A stretch of DNA of 64,000 bases from Octopus vulgaris (Eukaryota), in the NCBI GenBank assembly GCA_951406725.2, contig OX597816.1, positions 124,992,001 to 125,056,000 of the forward strand, written 5' to 3'. How positions within the stretch are numbered: position 1 is the stretch's first letter; each line of letters starts with the position of its first letter. The translations under genes and the position numbers were made by a program. Positions 1 to 12,760 of this stretch are shown here, one piece after another. The notes under the pieces are model-generated. The model saw only the letters and a program-made list of their open reading frames with translations. It was not told the DNA's origin and did no database searches.

Positions 1-1966
1 ACTATTGCAATTGAAGTTGCAGGGAAGCAGTCACAAGCAACATGTGGAAATTCCGAAGAGAATGCATCGCAAATGTTTCACAATGCACGCAGAAGTCAAG
101 TATTGCTTAATGATAACTAAGAATAAGTTGGGAATGTATGTGCTGTAAACATTTATTATGATTTTATTAACTTTGTGATTTTCTCCAGCTATACAAATCC
201 GGCGTAAATACAAGGAATCTTAGATGCTTCTGGGAATCAATGTCACTCTTTATTCCATGGTGTCAACTAGCTATTCAAAGGGATTCTGCTTTCATATAAA
301 GCTTCTTCTTTGCTCAGTAGTTCTGAAATTGATTTAAATCTCGGCATTCTTATATACTTATGCATTAGTTCGGAATGATGCGACAGTTCATCACAGGAGC
401 TTTGTCTCGTTATTTTGACACTGATAATGACGGCATTAGATGAATCACTTCAAAGTCGTTTTCAAAAGTATAAATACATTATAATCCAATTTTGTTCCTA
501 ATGTTATGTAGGTTGATTTTTGTTACTAGTTTAAACATTTGATTTTAAGATATTTTAGTTAAAATACTTATTGATACTTTTAATCTTTTATGCTGGCTTG
601 TTGATAAATCTATGATTTTACAATAAATAAAACCTCTTAATCCTTGATCAAAAGATTTTATTCTTGGTCGGTTGCAAATCATAACTTGAATAGCTTTTTA
701 TAAAGATAACCTTATATGACGTAAGTAGAAATATGAGTTATCTATTTTTCTCATTGTAGCTTTAAGTATTTTCTACTTGAATAAATATCTGGTCTCTGAC
801 TTCATTTGTGCGAGAGACAAAAGGTGAAGCCTATTAAACTAAATTTAAATTACATTTCTCTTTTCGTTTTTTAGTTAAGACAGGGTATATGACATTGTGC
901 TTAGATATATTAATAAAATTAATGCATATGAACTATAACTATAATCAAATTTTCTTATTATTCTGCTGAGTTTCTTGTCAAAATTATTCTTCATATTCTA
1001 ATCTAATATCGCATAATTCATGCAACCTAATATTTCAATTTTTATAACTACAGCAAAATATGTCTTTCATAATTCACAGTTAATTTTTATCAACGACTAC
1101 TACTTATAATCATCGACTCGTTTTTATTGGTGCAACATTAAACAATTAAAGTAACTATCGAATTCTTAGCTTCGTTGCTTCTGAGGCTATTACAAAAATT
1201 TGGTGATATAGAGACACGAAAGAGGACAAACCATCATCACTTCACTTCTTTAATCTAATTGATCTGCTGTTCCAATTATAGAACAACAGATAATAACATT
1301 CAATATCATAGCTAGAAAGAAAAGGAAAACAGGAATTTTTACTTGAATATAATCAGCATCTGAAATTGTCATCTATAATTTACTTTATTAGAAATAACTA
1401 ATGACGAGATAAATTGATGAATCTATCAGCTGATAAATAATTCAGAAGCCCAAACAACATTGGTTAATAATGGTTATTTGCTGATTTGCATATCAGTTCT
1501 CCTAATTGCAACGATACTGTCACTTCTGGGTTTTGTTTCAGACGTAGTTATTTATAGGAATCGATAGAAATTGGATAAATACTGATTGTCTTTGTCATAG
1601 TCTGTTCAATAATATCAGCTTGTTTTATCTATTAAATCTCCTTCTCTTCAGCTATATATCAAATCTATTCTATATTTCTTTTTCTATTAAACTTTCACCA
1701 TTTCCACACACTACTAATCACCATGTTCCGTTGTATATATATGCATATATGTGTGTGTGTGTGTATGCATATCCAAAGGTAGAGCTAGAGTTATAGAAAG
1801 ATAGAAGAGAAATAGATATAGCGATGTTCCAAGCATCTTCAGAAATATAGTGTATGGCAATGCTACATAAAGTTTAGAGGGAAAAAAATTGATGTGCATG
1901 TTCTCTAAAAAAACATAAACAGTTATTGTAATTATTGCATGTATATTAGAATTTTAAAATAGTATA

Positions 1967-2125
1967 GGTGCAGGCATAGCTGTTTAATTATGAAGCTTGC
2001 TTATCAACTATGTTGCCTTAAGTTTAGTCCCACTGTGTAGCATCTTGGCCAATGTCTTCTACTATAGATCTGGGACAAACCAAAGCGTTGTGTGTTCGAT
2101 AGAGGCAAACTGACAGAGAATCCCA
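1967..2125 (+). mobile_element. tRNA-derived SINE (family A), degenerate 5' head
   Basis: Degenerate A-box/B-box head (caggcatagctgttt...agtttagtcccac) followed by catcttggccaatgtcttctactatag...caaagcgttgtg, matching the reverse complement of the copy at 6376-6797. Confidence 0.7.
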
Positions 2126-2140
2126 TTGTATATATATATT

Positions 2141-2712
2141 CTTTTCCTTGTTTCAGTTATTTCACTGCGGCCATGCTGGAGTACCACCTTTAGTCGAACA
2201 AATCGACCCCGGAACTTATTCTTTGTAAACCTAGTACTTATTCTATTCGTCTCTTTTACCCAGCCACTTGTTTACGGGGGTGTAAACGCACCAACATCGG
2301 TTGTCAAAGCAATGGTGTGGGAGTAACACAGACACACCCAACATATACACACACATATATGTACAAGCTTGTTTATGTTTTCAATTTGCGGAGAAATAAC
2401 TAAAATTTGCTCTGTTTATAATTATACTACATGTTACGTATATATCATACCATACTTTGATACTGTGTGGACTAAGATCCCTGTTGACAGGCCGCTGGTA
2501 GAGAGTTAAACAATTTTAGCATGCAAATTAGGGACTCCTTCATAGAGTAATTGCCGCATTTGTTGAGTATATAAACAGTCGGGCTACTTGTTTCTCTGTA
2601 TGAGAAACCCACTAAGGTTTGAAAATCGAATAAGATTGTTCATCATTGTTTCTTTTGTCTGCGGAGAAATAGCTAAAATTTGCCCTGTTTATAATTATAC
2701 CATATGTTACCG

Positions 2713-2752
<40 letters not shown>

Positions 2753-2935
2753 GATACGACAGACTTCTTTCAGTTTCCGTCTACCAAATTCACTCACAAT
2801 ACATTAGTAGGCTATAGAAGAAAGCAATTGTCAAAGGTACCACGCAGTGGGACTGAACCCGGATCTATGTGGTTGGGAAGGAAGCTTCTTACCACGCAGC
2901 CGCGTCTGCCCCTATTTACATAACCACGCCTGCGC
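2141..2935 (-). mobile_element. SINE family A, interrupted in its internal microsatellite by a ~350-bp insert
   Basis: 2141-2345 matches 6400-6600 and 2750-2935 matches 6635-6797. Pol III boxes read on the minus strand. Confidence 0.8.
2365..2715 (+). mobile_element. Direct-repeat-flanked unit with hammerhead-like motif (Penelope pLTR or retrozyme-like)
   Basis: ~51-bp direct repeats at 2387-2437 and 2660-2710 (period 273). Internal ctgtatga-g-aaacc-cactaa-ggttt-gaaa motif at 2596-2624. Confidence 0.5.
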
Positions 2936-2983
2936 CTATCCACACAGCCACACCAACACCTATATGTGTGAATATATATATAT

Positions 2984-3100
2984 AGGTGTGGCTGAGGGAT
3001 AAGAATATGGTTCCGGTATCGATCCCACTCCCTGGCATCTTGGGTGTCATCTTCTATAGTACGGGCTGGCTAAAGCCTTGTGAGAGAATTTGAACAGAAA
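2984..3100 (+). mobile_element. SINE family A, truncated head
   Basis: ggtgtggctgagggataag...ggtatcgatcccac...ggcatcttggg...aaagccttgtgag is homologous to the other family A heads. Confidence 0.65.
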
Positions 3101-3129
3101 CAGAAACAGAAATATCACATACAACAAGG

Positions 3130-4070
3130 ATCAGCATATGTTTCCTCGGAATACAAATAATTTCCAATGTGCCAAAATTGTTTTATTCTGCTTTGACTAA
3201 ACATTTTGCAAAAGACAGTAAATACTATAGAATTTTTAACCAAGATTGGTTAAGACTAGCTTTTTCTATTAGCAAATATATAGTACAAATTACAGCAGCA
3301 CACAACGATAGTAAATTTAGCTGTTTTTATATGAACAATAGCAATAATAATAATAACAACCAGAATTATAATTATAGATCAATAAATAGCAACAATATCA
3401 ACATAAGTGAACAAACTATAAGTAACACAAGTACGTATCAGGATAGCAGCTAAGGTTTTACAACCAATAAAATAGAAGAGACCCGAGTGAACTCTCCCGT
3501 TAGCCTGGAAGTAGATGTGAATTCTGAACAGCGCAGTACTCAGAATGTTGTCTATGTGCAAAAGACTAACAGCTTAGAAGATAGACAGGAGAATATAGAA
3601 ATCACATCCGGAGAAGTTGAAGCGGACACTAGTAATAGAAGCAGTAGAACTGTTAAATGTGATTATGCAAGGAAGAGTATTTGTCCCCTTAACTCTAACT
3701 TTAGGTCTAAAAATTTCGTATACAGATGTAAGGTTACCTCAGAGAATAGGGAGTCTTTCTATATAGCAACTGGCTCATGTTATATTAAGCATAGAAATTT
3801 TAATAATTTAAGTTCTTTTAGATATAAGAACAAAATAAATACTACTAGCATTATTTAGCTAATTTGGGCACCAAAATATAGTGACAAGGTATTATAGATT
3901 GCTTCTGAAATATTTAGTGACGCAGAACCTTAATCGACATGACCTTTGTGTGGAAGAAATGCACCAAATTTTCACTTCTAAATTTGCTCTAATAAACAAT
4001 AGACAGTAACGGGCTACAAGATGTCTACACTGAACCAACTATACGTTTAAACGATTTAAATAAACAAAAC
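3130..4070 (+). mobile_element. Penelope-like element fragment (end of RT region plus GIY-YIG endonuclease), decayed
   Basis: ORF 3169-3453 LTKHFAKDSKYYRIFNQDWLRLAFS and ORF 3487-3858 ICPLNSNFRSKNFVYRCKVT...FYIA...NNLSSFR resemble the PLE motifs KHFP..H.L.KIFNRN..K.SYS and CPL.G.C....VYKC.V...YIG...H.SSFR. Confidence 0.75.
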
Positions 4071-5139
4071 TTACCATCTATAGTAATTATACTAGTTAAA
4101 ATAATGTTTCTCATAATTAATGACATTTATGCAAATAATACTTATAAATATAATTATAATAATTATTACAAAAATATTAATTGAGGGTATAAACACAAAA
4201 TAAGTGAAATACCTCTGAATTAAATAATATACTCCATACAGTAAAGTGTAAACAACATTGCAACAATTAACTGTAATATGAATAAACATTTTAAAACAAC
4301 GATTCAACTGTAATACCGGTAGAGCTGAATATAAAACCAGAATTCAATTCGATTTAAAAAGTAACGCTATCACCTTCAAATGAAAAAGCAACGCAAGAAG
4401 CTTGCATGAATTAGTCCACTATGAAATTTTTTGTGTATGTATGTCTTTGCGTTTGTGATGTGTATTGAGGTAAATTCTTTCGACTGACAGCATCCCATTG
4501 AGTAAAACGAGTAAAATGTAAAAGGTATCGCTGTGTCAAGAAACTTGTTCTATTAATAGAGACATACTGAGAACATAGACAGTGGGAAAAAATACAGCAA
4601 GAATGTATTGTAAAGCTAGTCACAGAGGATGTTCTATATGTGTAATAGGAATAGAGTGATATAAATAAACATAAGTAAACGAAAATAATTATATCACGTA
4701 AGAAAAAAATCTATTGAACACTCAGCGAATTCCTTCTATGTGATGAATTTTTTCAATTTTATTTTCGGAAATAGATATACCAATAGATCTGTACACAGTT
4801 TAATGTTTAGTTACATAATTAACCTACAAATGAATATGGAGTATTTTAAATCTATGAAGTTACAAATGTTTCCACAGAAAATTGACAGTTCGTGACTTAC
4901 GGCTCTTTTCTCGAGTTTTATTGAATTTTCTCTTATTTATTTCCCTTTGGCCAACATTCACTATATGTCCTGGAATACAATCAATTTCCTATTTATATTT
5001 TGACATATTTTAAAACGATTCAACTGTAATATTTTGATATAGGTTGATTGTATATTAGTTTAAACATACACTTTTTATGTATAAATTATAAGATACATAC
5101 TACTCACACACATGCTTACACAAACACTATATATAGGGA

Positions 5140-5180
5140 TATCTATCTATCTACCTATCTATCTATTTATCTATCTATAT

Positions 5181-5273
<93 letters not shown>

Positions 5274-5351
5274 TATATAGATAGATAGATAGAAGATAGA
5301 TAGACAGACAGACAGATATATCTATATATATATACATATAGTTATATACTC

Positions 5352-5434
<83 letters not shown>

Positions 5435-5435
5435 C
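5140..5435. repeat. Compound microsatellite (TATC)n/(TA)n/(GA)n/(GATA)n/(TG)n
   Basis: Directly visible. Confidence 0.95.
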
Positions 5436-6375
5436 ATACACGCACTTATGCCATTAGTTATTTCTAATAAAGTAAATTATAGATGCCAATTTTAGATGCT
5501 GATTATATTCAAGTAAATATTCCTGTTTTCCATTTCTTTCTCGCTATCATATTGAATGTTATTATCTGTTGTTCTATAATTGGAACAGAAGATCAATTAG
5601 ATTAGAGTAGTGAAGTGATGATGGTTTGTCCTCTTTCCTGTCCCTATATCACCAAATCTGTGCGTATGACACATTATTTTATATTGATTCTCTCCTTCGA
5701 AAGACATTCTAAAAGAAGCAAAATCCAGCATAGGCAAATGAGGTATCTTTCGACAAACAAGGGAATCATCAAGGCAATACTATCATATATTCCGTAATTG
5801 AACTGTAAAAATCGAACCTCGAAATACGGATGCTAATCTTCCAAGAATGTATGCCTATATATTTATATACATGCGTATATATTTATATACTCACACATAT
5901 AAATGCCAATATATATTGCCGTATACATATACCTAAATTCTGTTCCTCTCGCACCAACTTTTTATGTCTATCATTATATGAATAGCTATATCTATACCGT
6001 ATAAGTCAGCATCTTATACTCATGTTTAATTACTTCTAACCAAGTATGATTAAACATAATAATGACAGTTCACGTTGTATAGAAGCCTATGTTTTCACAT
6101 TCATCTCACTTTACTCGTGTAAAATAGTTGTTCACTAAATTTCTAAACAATATGATACTTCTAATGAAAGATATATTTTTGTATTTTTTCTTATGTTTGA
6201 AATGATCGTTTGCTTTTTTTCCCTACAGAAACGCTAATGCTCTGATTTATTGACATGATGCTGAAATACTTTACATGAAATAATTTGTTTCCTTTGTCTA
6301 CATGTCCATAAACCAAATAAAGAAGAGATATCGCTACTTCTAATCGAGAACAGCCTACTTCAAATAATTTCTCAT

Positions 6376-6797
6376 TTACTCTTTTTTTCTTTTTTTACTC
6401 TTTTACTTGTTTCAGTCATTTGACTGCGACCATGCTGGAGCACCGCCTTTCGTCGGGCAAATCGCCCCAGGACTTATTCTTTGTAAGCCTAGTACTTATT
6501 CTATCGGTCTCTTTGCCGAACCGCTAAGTTACAGGGACGTAAACACACCAGCGTAGGTTGTCAAGCGATGTTGGGGGGGGGGGACAAACACACACAAGCA
6601 AATACACACATACATATAAATGTATGTATATATACGATGGCTTCTTTCAGTTTCTTTCTACCAAATCCACTCACAAGGCTTTGGTCGGCCCGAGGCTGTA
6701 GTAGAAGACACTTACCCAAGATGCCACGCACTGGGACTGAACCCGGAACCATGTGGTTAGTAAGCAAACTACTTACCACACAGCCACTCATGCGCTT
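6376..6797 (-). mobile_element. SINE family A, near full-length
   Basis: Minus strand begins with A box TGGCTGTGTGG and B box GGTTCAGTCCC, has an internal microsatellite and ends in a (GAGTAAAA)-like tail. Four further copies occur in the window. Confidence 0.85.
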
Positions 6798-7780
6798 ATT
6801 TAAGTAATATGTATTTCTAACAGTTCCCCAATCACCTCATATTTTCTCAGTGCATTATTGAAATTTTCTTCAGCCGAACGAAAATCCTATATACTGTTCA
6901 CCATACTTTGAAATTATTTAATTTACCTTATTTGATATTAGCCACAAAAAAAAGAGGACTATGTTAAGTTTTTAACTTGCATTTTACATCAACCTGCGTT
7001 CATATGACAAAATATAATTATGTTTATTAAAGGTGTGAATTGTAGATTAACTCATTGTTATTGTTTTTATCTGACTTTGCATAGAAATTCGTATATTGAT
7101 TAAACTCGAATGGGTCGTGAGTCTCTTTCAGCTTTAACACTTTTAAAAGAGTGATTATTCTTTTATTCGATTCCAGTTCTTGTGAATGTTATCACTTCTA
7201 GATTTTTACGGTTATAATAGGGATTTTTGATCTGGAAAGTTAATTTCTGAATTGTGAGGTTAAATAGATTAATTTTCTGAATGAATGTGATACGGATTGA
7301 GAATGCAGCGTTGCTTAGTTAATTAATCGGTGGACACTAATGAGTTTTTGAAGTTCGTTACAACAGTGGTTTAAAATGTTTAAGTGATGTGAGAAGCAAA
7401 ATTCAAATTAGCAAATGCTTTCTGATATTATATGCTAGCTTTGTTTGTCATATGAATTGTTTAAGAACTATTCTATGGTGGTACCCGTAAAAAATAATGC
7501 ATTTGTTTCAGTTAGGAATAAATTAGGCAAACAAAACATCTTTAAAAGAGAAACATAGAAATAATGGAATCAACATATATTTAGAGATGTAGATAGAGGT
7601 ATGCTAATAGTAATAGTAAACGTAATTAGTGAATTACTCCTAGTATACGACTAATAGTTATAGTAAACGTAATTAATTGACAAAGAGAGGGAAAACAAAT
7701 CATTCTATGTATGGGATAATAATAGTGAGAACTAAGTAATTTTATAATTAAATTAAACTTTCATTGAGAAATTATTTACT

Positions 7781-7993
7781 ACGGGTTGCTGAAAAGTTCC
7801 TGGTTTTGAGTAAAAAAAAAGACAAGAGGTTCAGTTAATTATGATTTTGTTCAACATATTCCATTCTCAGATTCACACACGTATTGAAGCGGTCCTTTAG
7901 TTTTTCTAAGCCCTATAAAATAACTCGGAAATTTGGGCCCCCAACCAGGCCTTTCATGACACCCTTAAAGCCAGGAACATTTCAGCACGCACC
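7781..7993. mobile_element. Mariner-derived MITE
   Basis: Inverted termini gttgctgaaaagttcctggttttgag / cttaaagccaggaacatttcagcac. The interior carries a mariner C-terminal remnant (minus strand [14 protein letters not shown]). Confidence 0.7.
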
Positions 7994-8103
7994 ACAGAAG
8001 TACACGTTGCTATTAGTTTCTTTGTTGCTGTCTTACACTTTCACTCATTCATACCTGTTTATCTTTCGTGTGTATAATTATATACATACATATATATACA
8101 TGC

Positions 8104-8169
<66 letters not shown>

Positions 8170-8460
8170 GTACACACACACACATATATATATATATTGA
8201 TATTAGATTTAGAGAAAATGCTCAAAGGATAAGCTTGACTCAAATATTGACTTCTAAAAACAATACTGGAAAGAACTTTGCTTATTTTACTTAATCCCCA
8301 CATTAAGTAGAATGTCTAGTGTCTATGTGTATAAATACATATATTCAAGTACTTACAAACATACAAATATACACACACACACACACACACATATATATAA
8401 GGGTAGAAAATTTAGAAAATTTTCTATACCGGTGGCTACTATGCATAATAAACATATTTC

Positions 8461-8837
8461 CATATATAATAGTGTATAAACAATTTAAAGTATTTATACA
8501 CGAAAGAAGTGGCCTTACATGCTAGAAAGGGCAGTCAAAGCCCAAACCACGAATAAAAGCAATTTCAAAGTGAATGAAAAAAAAAAAATATTTTTCTAAT
8601 TACCCACAGATTCGAGTTTCTGTATTAATGAGCCAATAAATTAAATTGTCATCTGTACTTCATCAGTGAGGTCGCTAGGGTAACTAGAAAAATATATTTT
8701 TTTATTTTCATTCCCTTTGAAATTACTTTTATTCGTAGTTTGGGCTGTGATTGTCTTTTCTAGCATGTAAGGTGTCCTGTCAAAGGTCACCTATTTCGTG
8801 TTTCAATACTTAAATTGTTTGTACTCTATGATATATA
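8461..8837. repeat. Inverted repeat (~145-160 bp arms) enclosing a hammerhead-like core
   Basis: 8461-8605 is the approximate reverse complement of 8678-8837. The loop has CTGATGA...GAAAC on the minus strand. Confidence 0.8.
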
Positions 8838-9650
8838 TATTTATATATTTATATATAGTTCGTTTGTTGAGTGTATAAGGCTCGGAGTTCCTTTGCGTTC
8901 TCTCCTGCCATGTGTAAGCCTCCGCGGAGAGTAATCAGTTGATATATTAGCGTATTTGCTTAAGAATTTCTCTAGTCTATCGTCACTTTTGACGTGCCTC
9001 TAAGCGACAGATTTTCAGGTGATAGAAGAAATTTGGAAATATATGCATCTGTGAGTTTGTGTGTACGTATGTATTTGTGTGTTTCTGTGTATGTGTGTGT
9101 GTGTGAATGTGTGTGCGTAGGTGTGTGTGTGTGTGTTTGTTTTTCTGTGTAACGTATATTATCGAACACAGCCTCTCATACGTTGCTATAATTATCATTT
9201 CCTTAAAATAAATATTTATTATATTGAAAAGAAAACACAGACAACAGAGAATAGTGTGTATGCTTTGTGCATCTTATATTTCTGATTTGAAGTCGTGTCT
9301 ATATGGTCAAATTAATAATCTGTAGTATGAAACAATCATATCGTTGACTCTGGTAAAATCAGTCAAGTTGCGTCTTGTCAAGTAAGATCATTATTGGCAT
9401 TAAAATGTGTGTTTCTAATATTGACACAACCAATAATAGTGATTATTACCACAGTGGAGAGAATTTTATGGTAGAATAGTAAAATATGAAATATAAAGCC
9501 AAAAAATAGATAAAACATACAAAGAATATACATATATATATATGTCATGTACACTACTACTGCGTTACTACTACTACTACTACTACTAGTGGTAGTAATA
9601 GAGATGTTAATAGGCAAACACTAATATATGCGATATCAAACCAAATAATA

Positions 9651-10482
9651 TTGTGTCGAGTTAAAAGTTTTGCAATATTTTGGTAACTTCTGTGCTCTAT
9701 TCGTCAAGTTACAGCAAAGCAACATAACATTCAAAGTAGCGGCCAACATGTTGCAACATCTGAAGCCTCCTTTCTGCAGTTCGTCGCTCCCGCGTTGATA
9801 TTTGTTCTTGTCCTGAAACTTCCACCTCTTTCTGGTTGATGAAGCGTCGCGAGCGCTGGAAGTGTGCCATAGATCAGAACAATTCGATGGAGTTAGATAG
9901 GGATTATATAAAGAGCATGGCATCAGTTCGACTCCCTCACGTTCCTAGAGTTTATCCCGGGTCATAGTGTTGTCTTGCTACAGAAGTCTCTGTTAACCAG
10001 TATCGGGTATTTTTGCCGCACAATGTCATACAACTTTACCTGCTATTCGGAGTACAGGTTGGCATGGATGCTCCACCGTCCAGAACGTGTTTATACTACA
10101 TTATCGCTCCATATTTCCACCACATCCTGCACAGCATTGTATTCGAAACGCCTTGTTTTGGTGACTGGTTCCAGACACTCGCTCTTAATTAGCCACTGAT
10201 TACTGCGCGTTAGAATTGCGGTAAAATAGTTCCCCCATCTTATTTCTTGTTCTGATCCAAGGATCACTTCCTGCGTTCGCGATGCTTCATTAATCTAGAA
10301 GAGGTAGAAGCTTCAGTGAAGGAGTTCTTCACCTTGAATGACAAGAACTGGTATCAGCATGGGCTCAAAGAATTGGCAGAAAGGCGGCTTCATACTGTAC
10401 GACACGATGCCCTCCACTTTGGATGCTATGCTACTTTTGTTGTAAGTTAACCAAATAAAACAAAACTTTTGACTCCATACAA
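9651..10482. mobile_element. Mariner derivative built from two inverted 3' ends
   Basis: TIRs ttgtgtcgagttaaaagttttg / caaaacttttgactccatacaa, with TA on the left. Transposase C-terminal remnants on both strands (plus: EEVEASVKEFFTLNDKNWYQHGLKELAER; minus: QDN...EGVELMP...DKNKYQRG). Confidence 0.7.
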
Positions 10483-10789
10483 TGCAATAGAAACCACAAA
10501 ACCCCACATCATATATCTTTTATTCAATCACCAGCCATCAGTAAACAACATTACACTCCACAAAGCACACGTAAACCACATGGAACATAACGCAGCAAAT
10601 TTAGCACTTATTATGCAAGATCAACCGATAAATCCTTTTAGTAAACATCAACAGCAAAATTTAAATGAAACTGCAAATCAGATAGGGTGTACAAACCGAA
10701 TTTCATTCTCCACAGTACACAATACTGTACACACTTCAGGAACACAGAGGTGAAGTGGTTGTGCAGTAGTTATTCGCATAAATCTGCTG

Positions 10790-10945
10790 AAGAAGATGGT
10801 GAGGTGGATGAAGCCTACGAAGACGATGATAATGATGGCGATGGCGATAATGTTGAAGATGACGATAACGGTGATGAGTATGACGACGACGACGACAATG
10901 ATGATGATATTTATGAAGATAATCATGATGACGATCATGACAGTA
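10790..10945. repeat. Decayed (GAT/GAC)n trinucleotide repeat
   Basis: Directly visible; it accounts for the Asp-rich and Met-rich ORFs here. Confidence 0.85.
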
Positions 10946-11049
10946 ACTTCGTCCGATCTTCTACAACCCACTTCGAGCGTGATGGGCTTCAAAATTCCCG
11001 CGTCTGAAGTAATGACTTCGTAGCTAATGTAAACAGGAGAAAGAAAAGT

Positions 11050-12760
11050 ATGCATCATTAACAGACCAAGTGTTCGATACCAAAAGTTTCTGAGAGATAC
11101 CTCTTTTGTTTAATTAGAGAACAGATGCCGCTATACGTTTTCGGAGATCCACCCTCTCTCAACAGGATAAAAGTAACTGCTTTTATGACAGTCGCCATGT
11201 AGTGACGGCTTTCTTTGTCGAACGGTTTTGGACGACTTTGAACTTTCGCCAAAACAAATCGCAAGTAAGAGATCTCAGAGCAGACCAGCTTCATGTTTAG
11301 CGTAGAAAATGTGTTTAGAGAGCCATTCTCACTAATAGCACATTGTGATGCCCCATTTATGAATATTTTCCAACTGAATAATTGATTCCTTTTGTGTACT
11401 ATATAGCTCTCTTTAGTATATCTAACCACTGCTGGTATAAATTTTCTCTTTAGCCTCACTACCACCTGTTACTGATGATGTTGTTTCTGAAATCTTTTCT
11501 CACCGGAAAGTGTACGTTTAGCTTCCAGTAACCGTGTTATTGACAGTAGAACTGACGAGCTTAATGTTCATGTAATTGTTTATACTGCCTCTATAATGTT
11601 CTATACGCAAAAGTGACGGAGACGGCTGGCAATACTTTTATACTCCACCTATCGGCTACTCTCATACAGTCTATGCGTGCATCCATGATATTATTTCAGT
11701 TGGTCCTCGCATTAAGCAAAGAGATGTTCCTAAGAAGTTCTGTTGACGTCTGAATTAATGTAATTTCTCCGACGTAATTAAGGCATGATGGTCGCAACTT
11801 AATTTAAGCATCTCGCTGTCTCGCTCAATGTCATTTACGTCCAGAACCTTTTATTTTAGCAATTGATTCAAACAGCGTATTTTCCTTTAGTCCTTAGATT
11901 TTCAAAAGCAGTAAATTACATCACTCGATCCATTTCGACTGAACCCTCATAATTATCCACAAGAAGGTGAGAAATGACGTCTCGGATAGTATGAACTCTC
12001 TAACGACTATCTCAGTAACTTGAGATTATTGACCAATATTGCTTCTTCCATGTTGACCCTAAGTCACTTACATTTATGCCACCTACGTGTAGTAAAAAAT
12101 ATATCCATTAGGAGAAAAATGACACGCAAGCAAAATTTGGGAGGAGAAAATCACTTAATCCCGTTTTGCTATACGAAATATTTCCAAACACTTCTCACTG
12201 AAACTTCTTTGGAATACTCTCACATTATTTCGAATACCCGGGGAATAGATACGGCTGTGATGTAGTTCTCATCAAAAGTTTGCCATATCAGATTTTTGAT
12301 ATGATTACCTCATCAGAATCGTCATTATGGGAGTGTAAGTACTTCATCGATTCTTCTATCTGCTTTCTGAGGAATGTGGAGCTATTGTTGTTTCTGCTCT
12401 TCTGACTGCTTTTTTCTTTGCCGGGGGATGTCTTTAGTTGTTGCCGTGATTGATGCTTTAATTCTTGTTATTACCGATATTGATTTGCATCCAGTAACTA
12501 TTATCGCGAGTTCCTTACTTTTTGATACTTTTGGTTGTATTGCTATTGACATTACCTTTAAGTTTACAGCTGCTGCTGTCCTTGTAACTGTTATTATCTA
12601 GTTGTTCGTTAACCAGGTATCTGGACTGTTTGTCAACACCTATTTGTTTATTGGCGCTGGTTAGGGATCAAACCAAGATTCTTTTGTCAAACTTCGCCTC
12701 CTTTTGACAGCCAATATGCGTGCCAATTGGCTGCATATTTTCTGGAAACATCCCACTAAT
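11050..12760 (-). pseudogene. Heavily decayed piggyBac-like transposase
   Basis: Colinear minus-strand fragments across frameshifts resemble PGBD motifs: EMLK..IMP, YHGCTHRLY, IPAVVRYTK, KW...LVRMAL.NTF and a Cys-rich tail GICS...ETFWY. No TTAA or TIR identified. Confidence 0.4.

Noticed and set aside
1-470. Open frames at the window start, possibly the end of a host CDS or a Cys-rich transposase tail
   Set aside because: Short, no recognisable motif, and the context is cut off by the window edge.
6720-6797. tRNA gene candidates at SINE heads (also ~18690-18756 and ~44200-44291)
   Set aside because: A/B boxes are present, but there is no complete cloverleaf and each continues into a SINE body.
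10678-11058. Asp-rich and Met-rich ORFs
   Set aside because: Translations of a decayed (GAT/GAC)n repeat.
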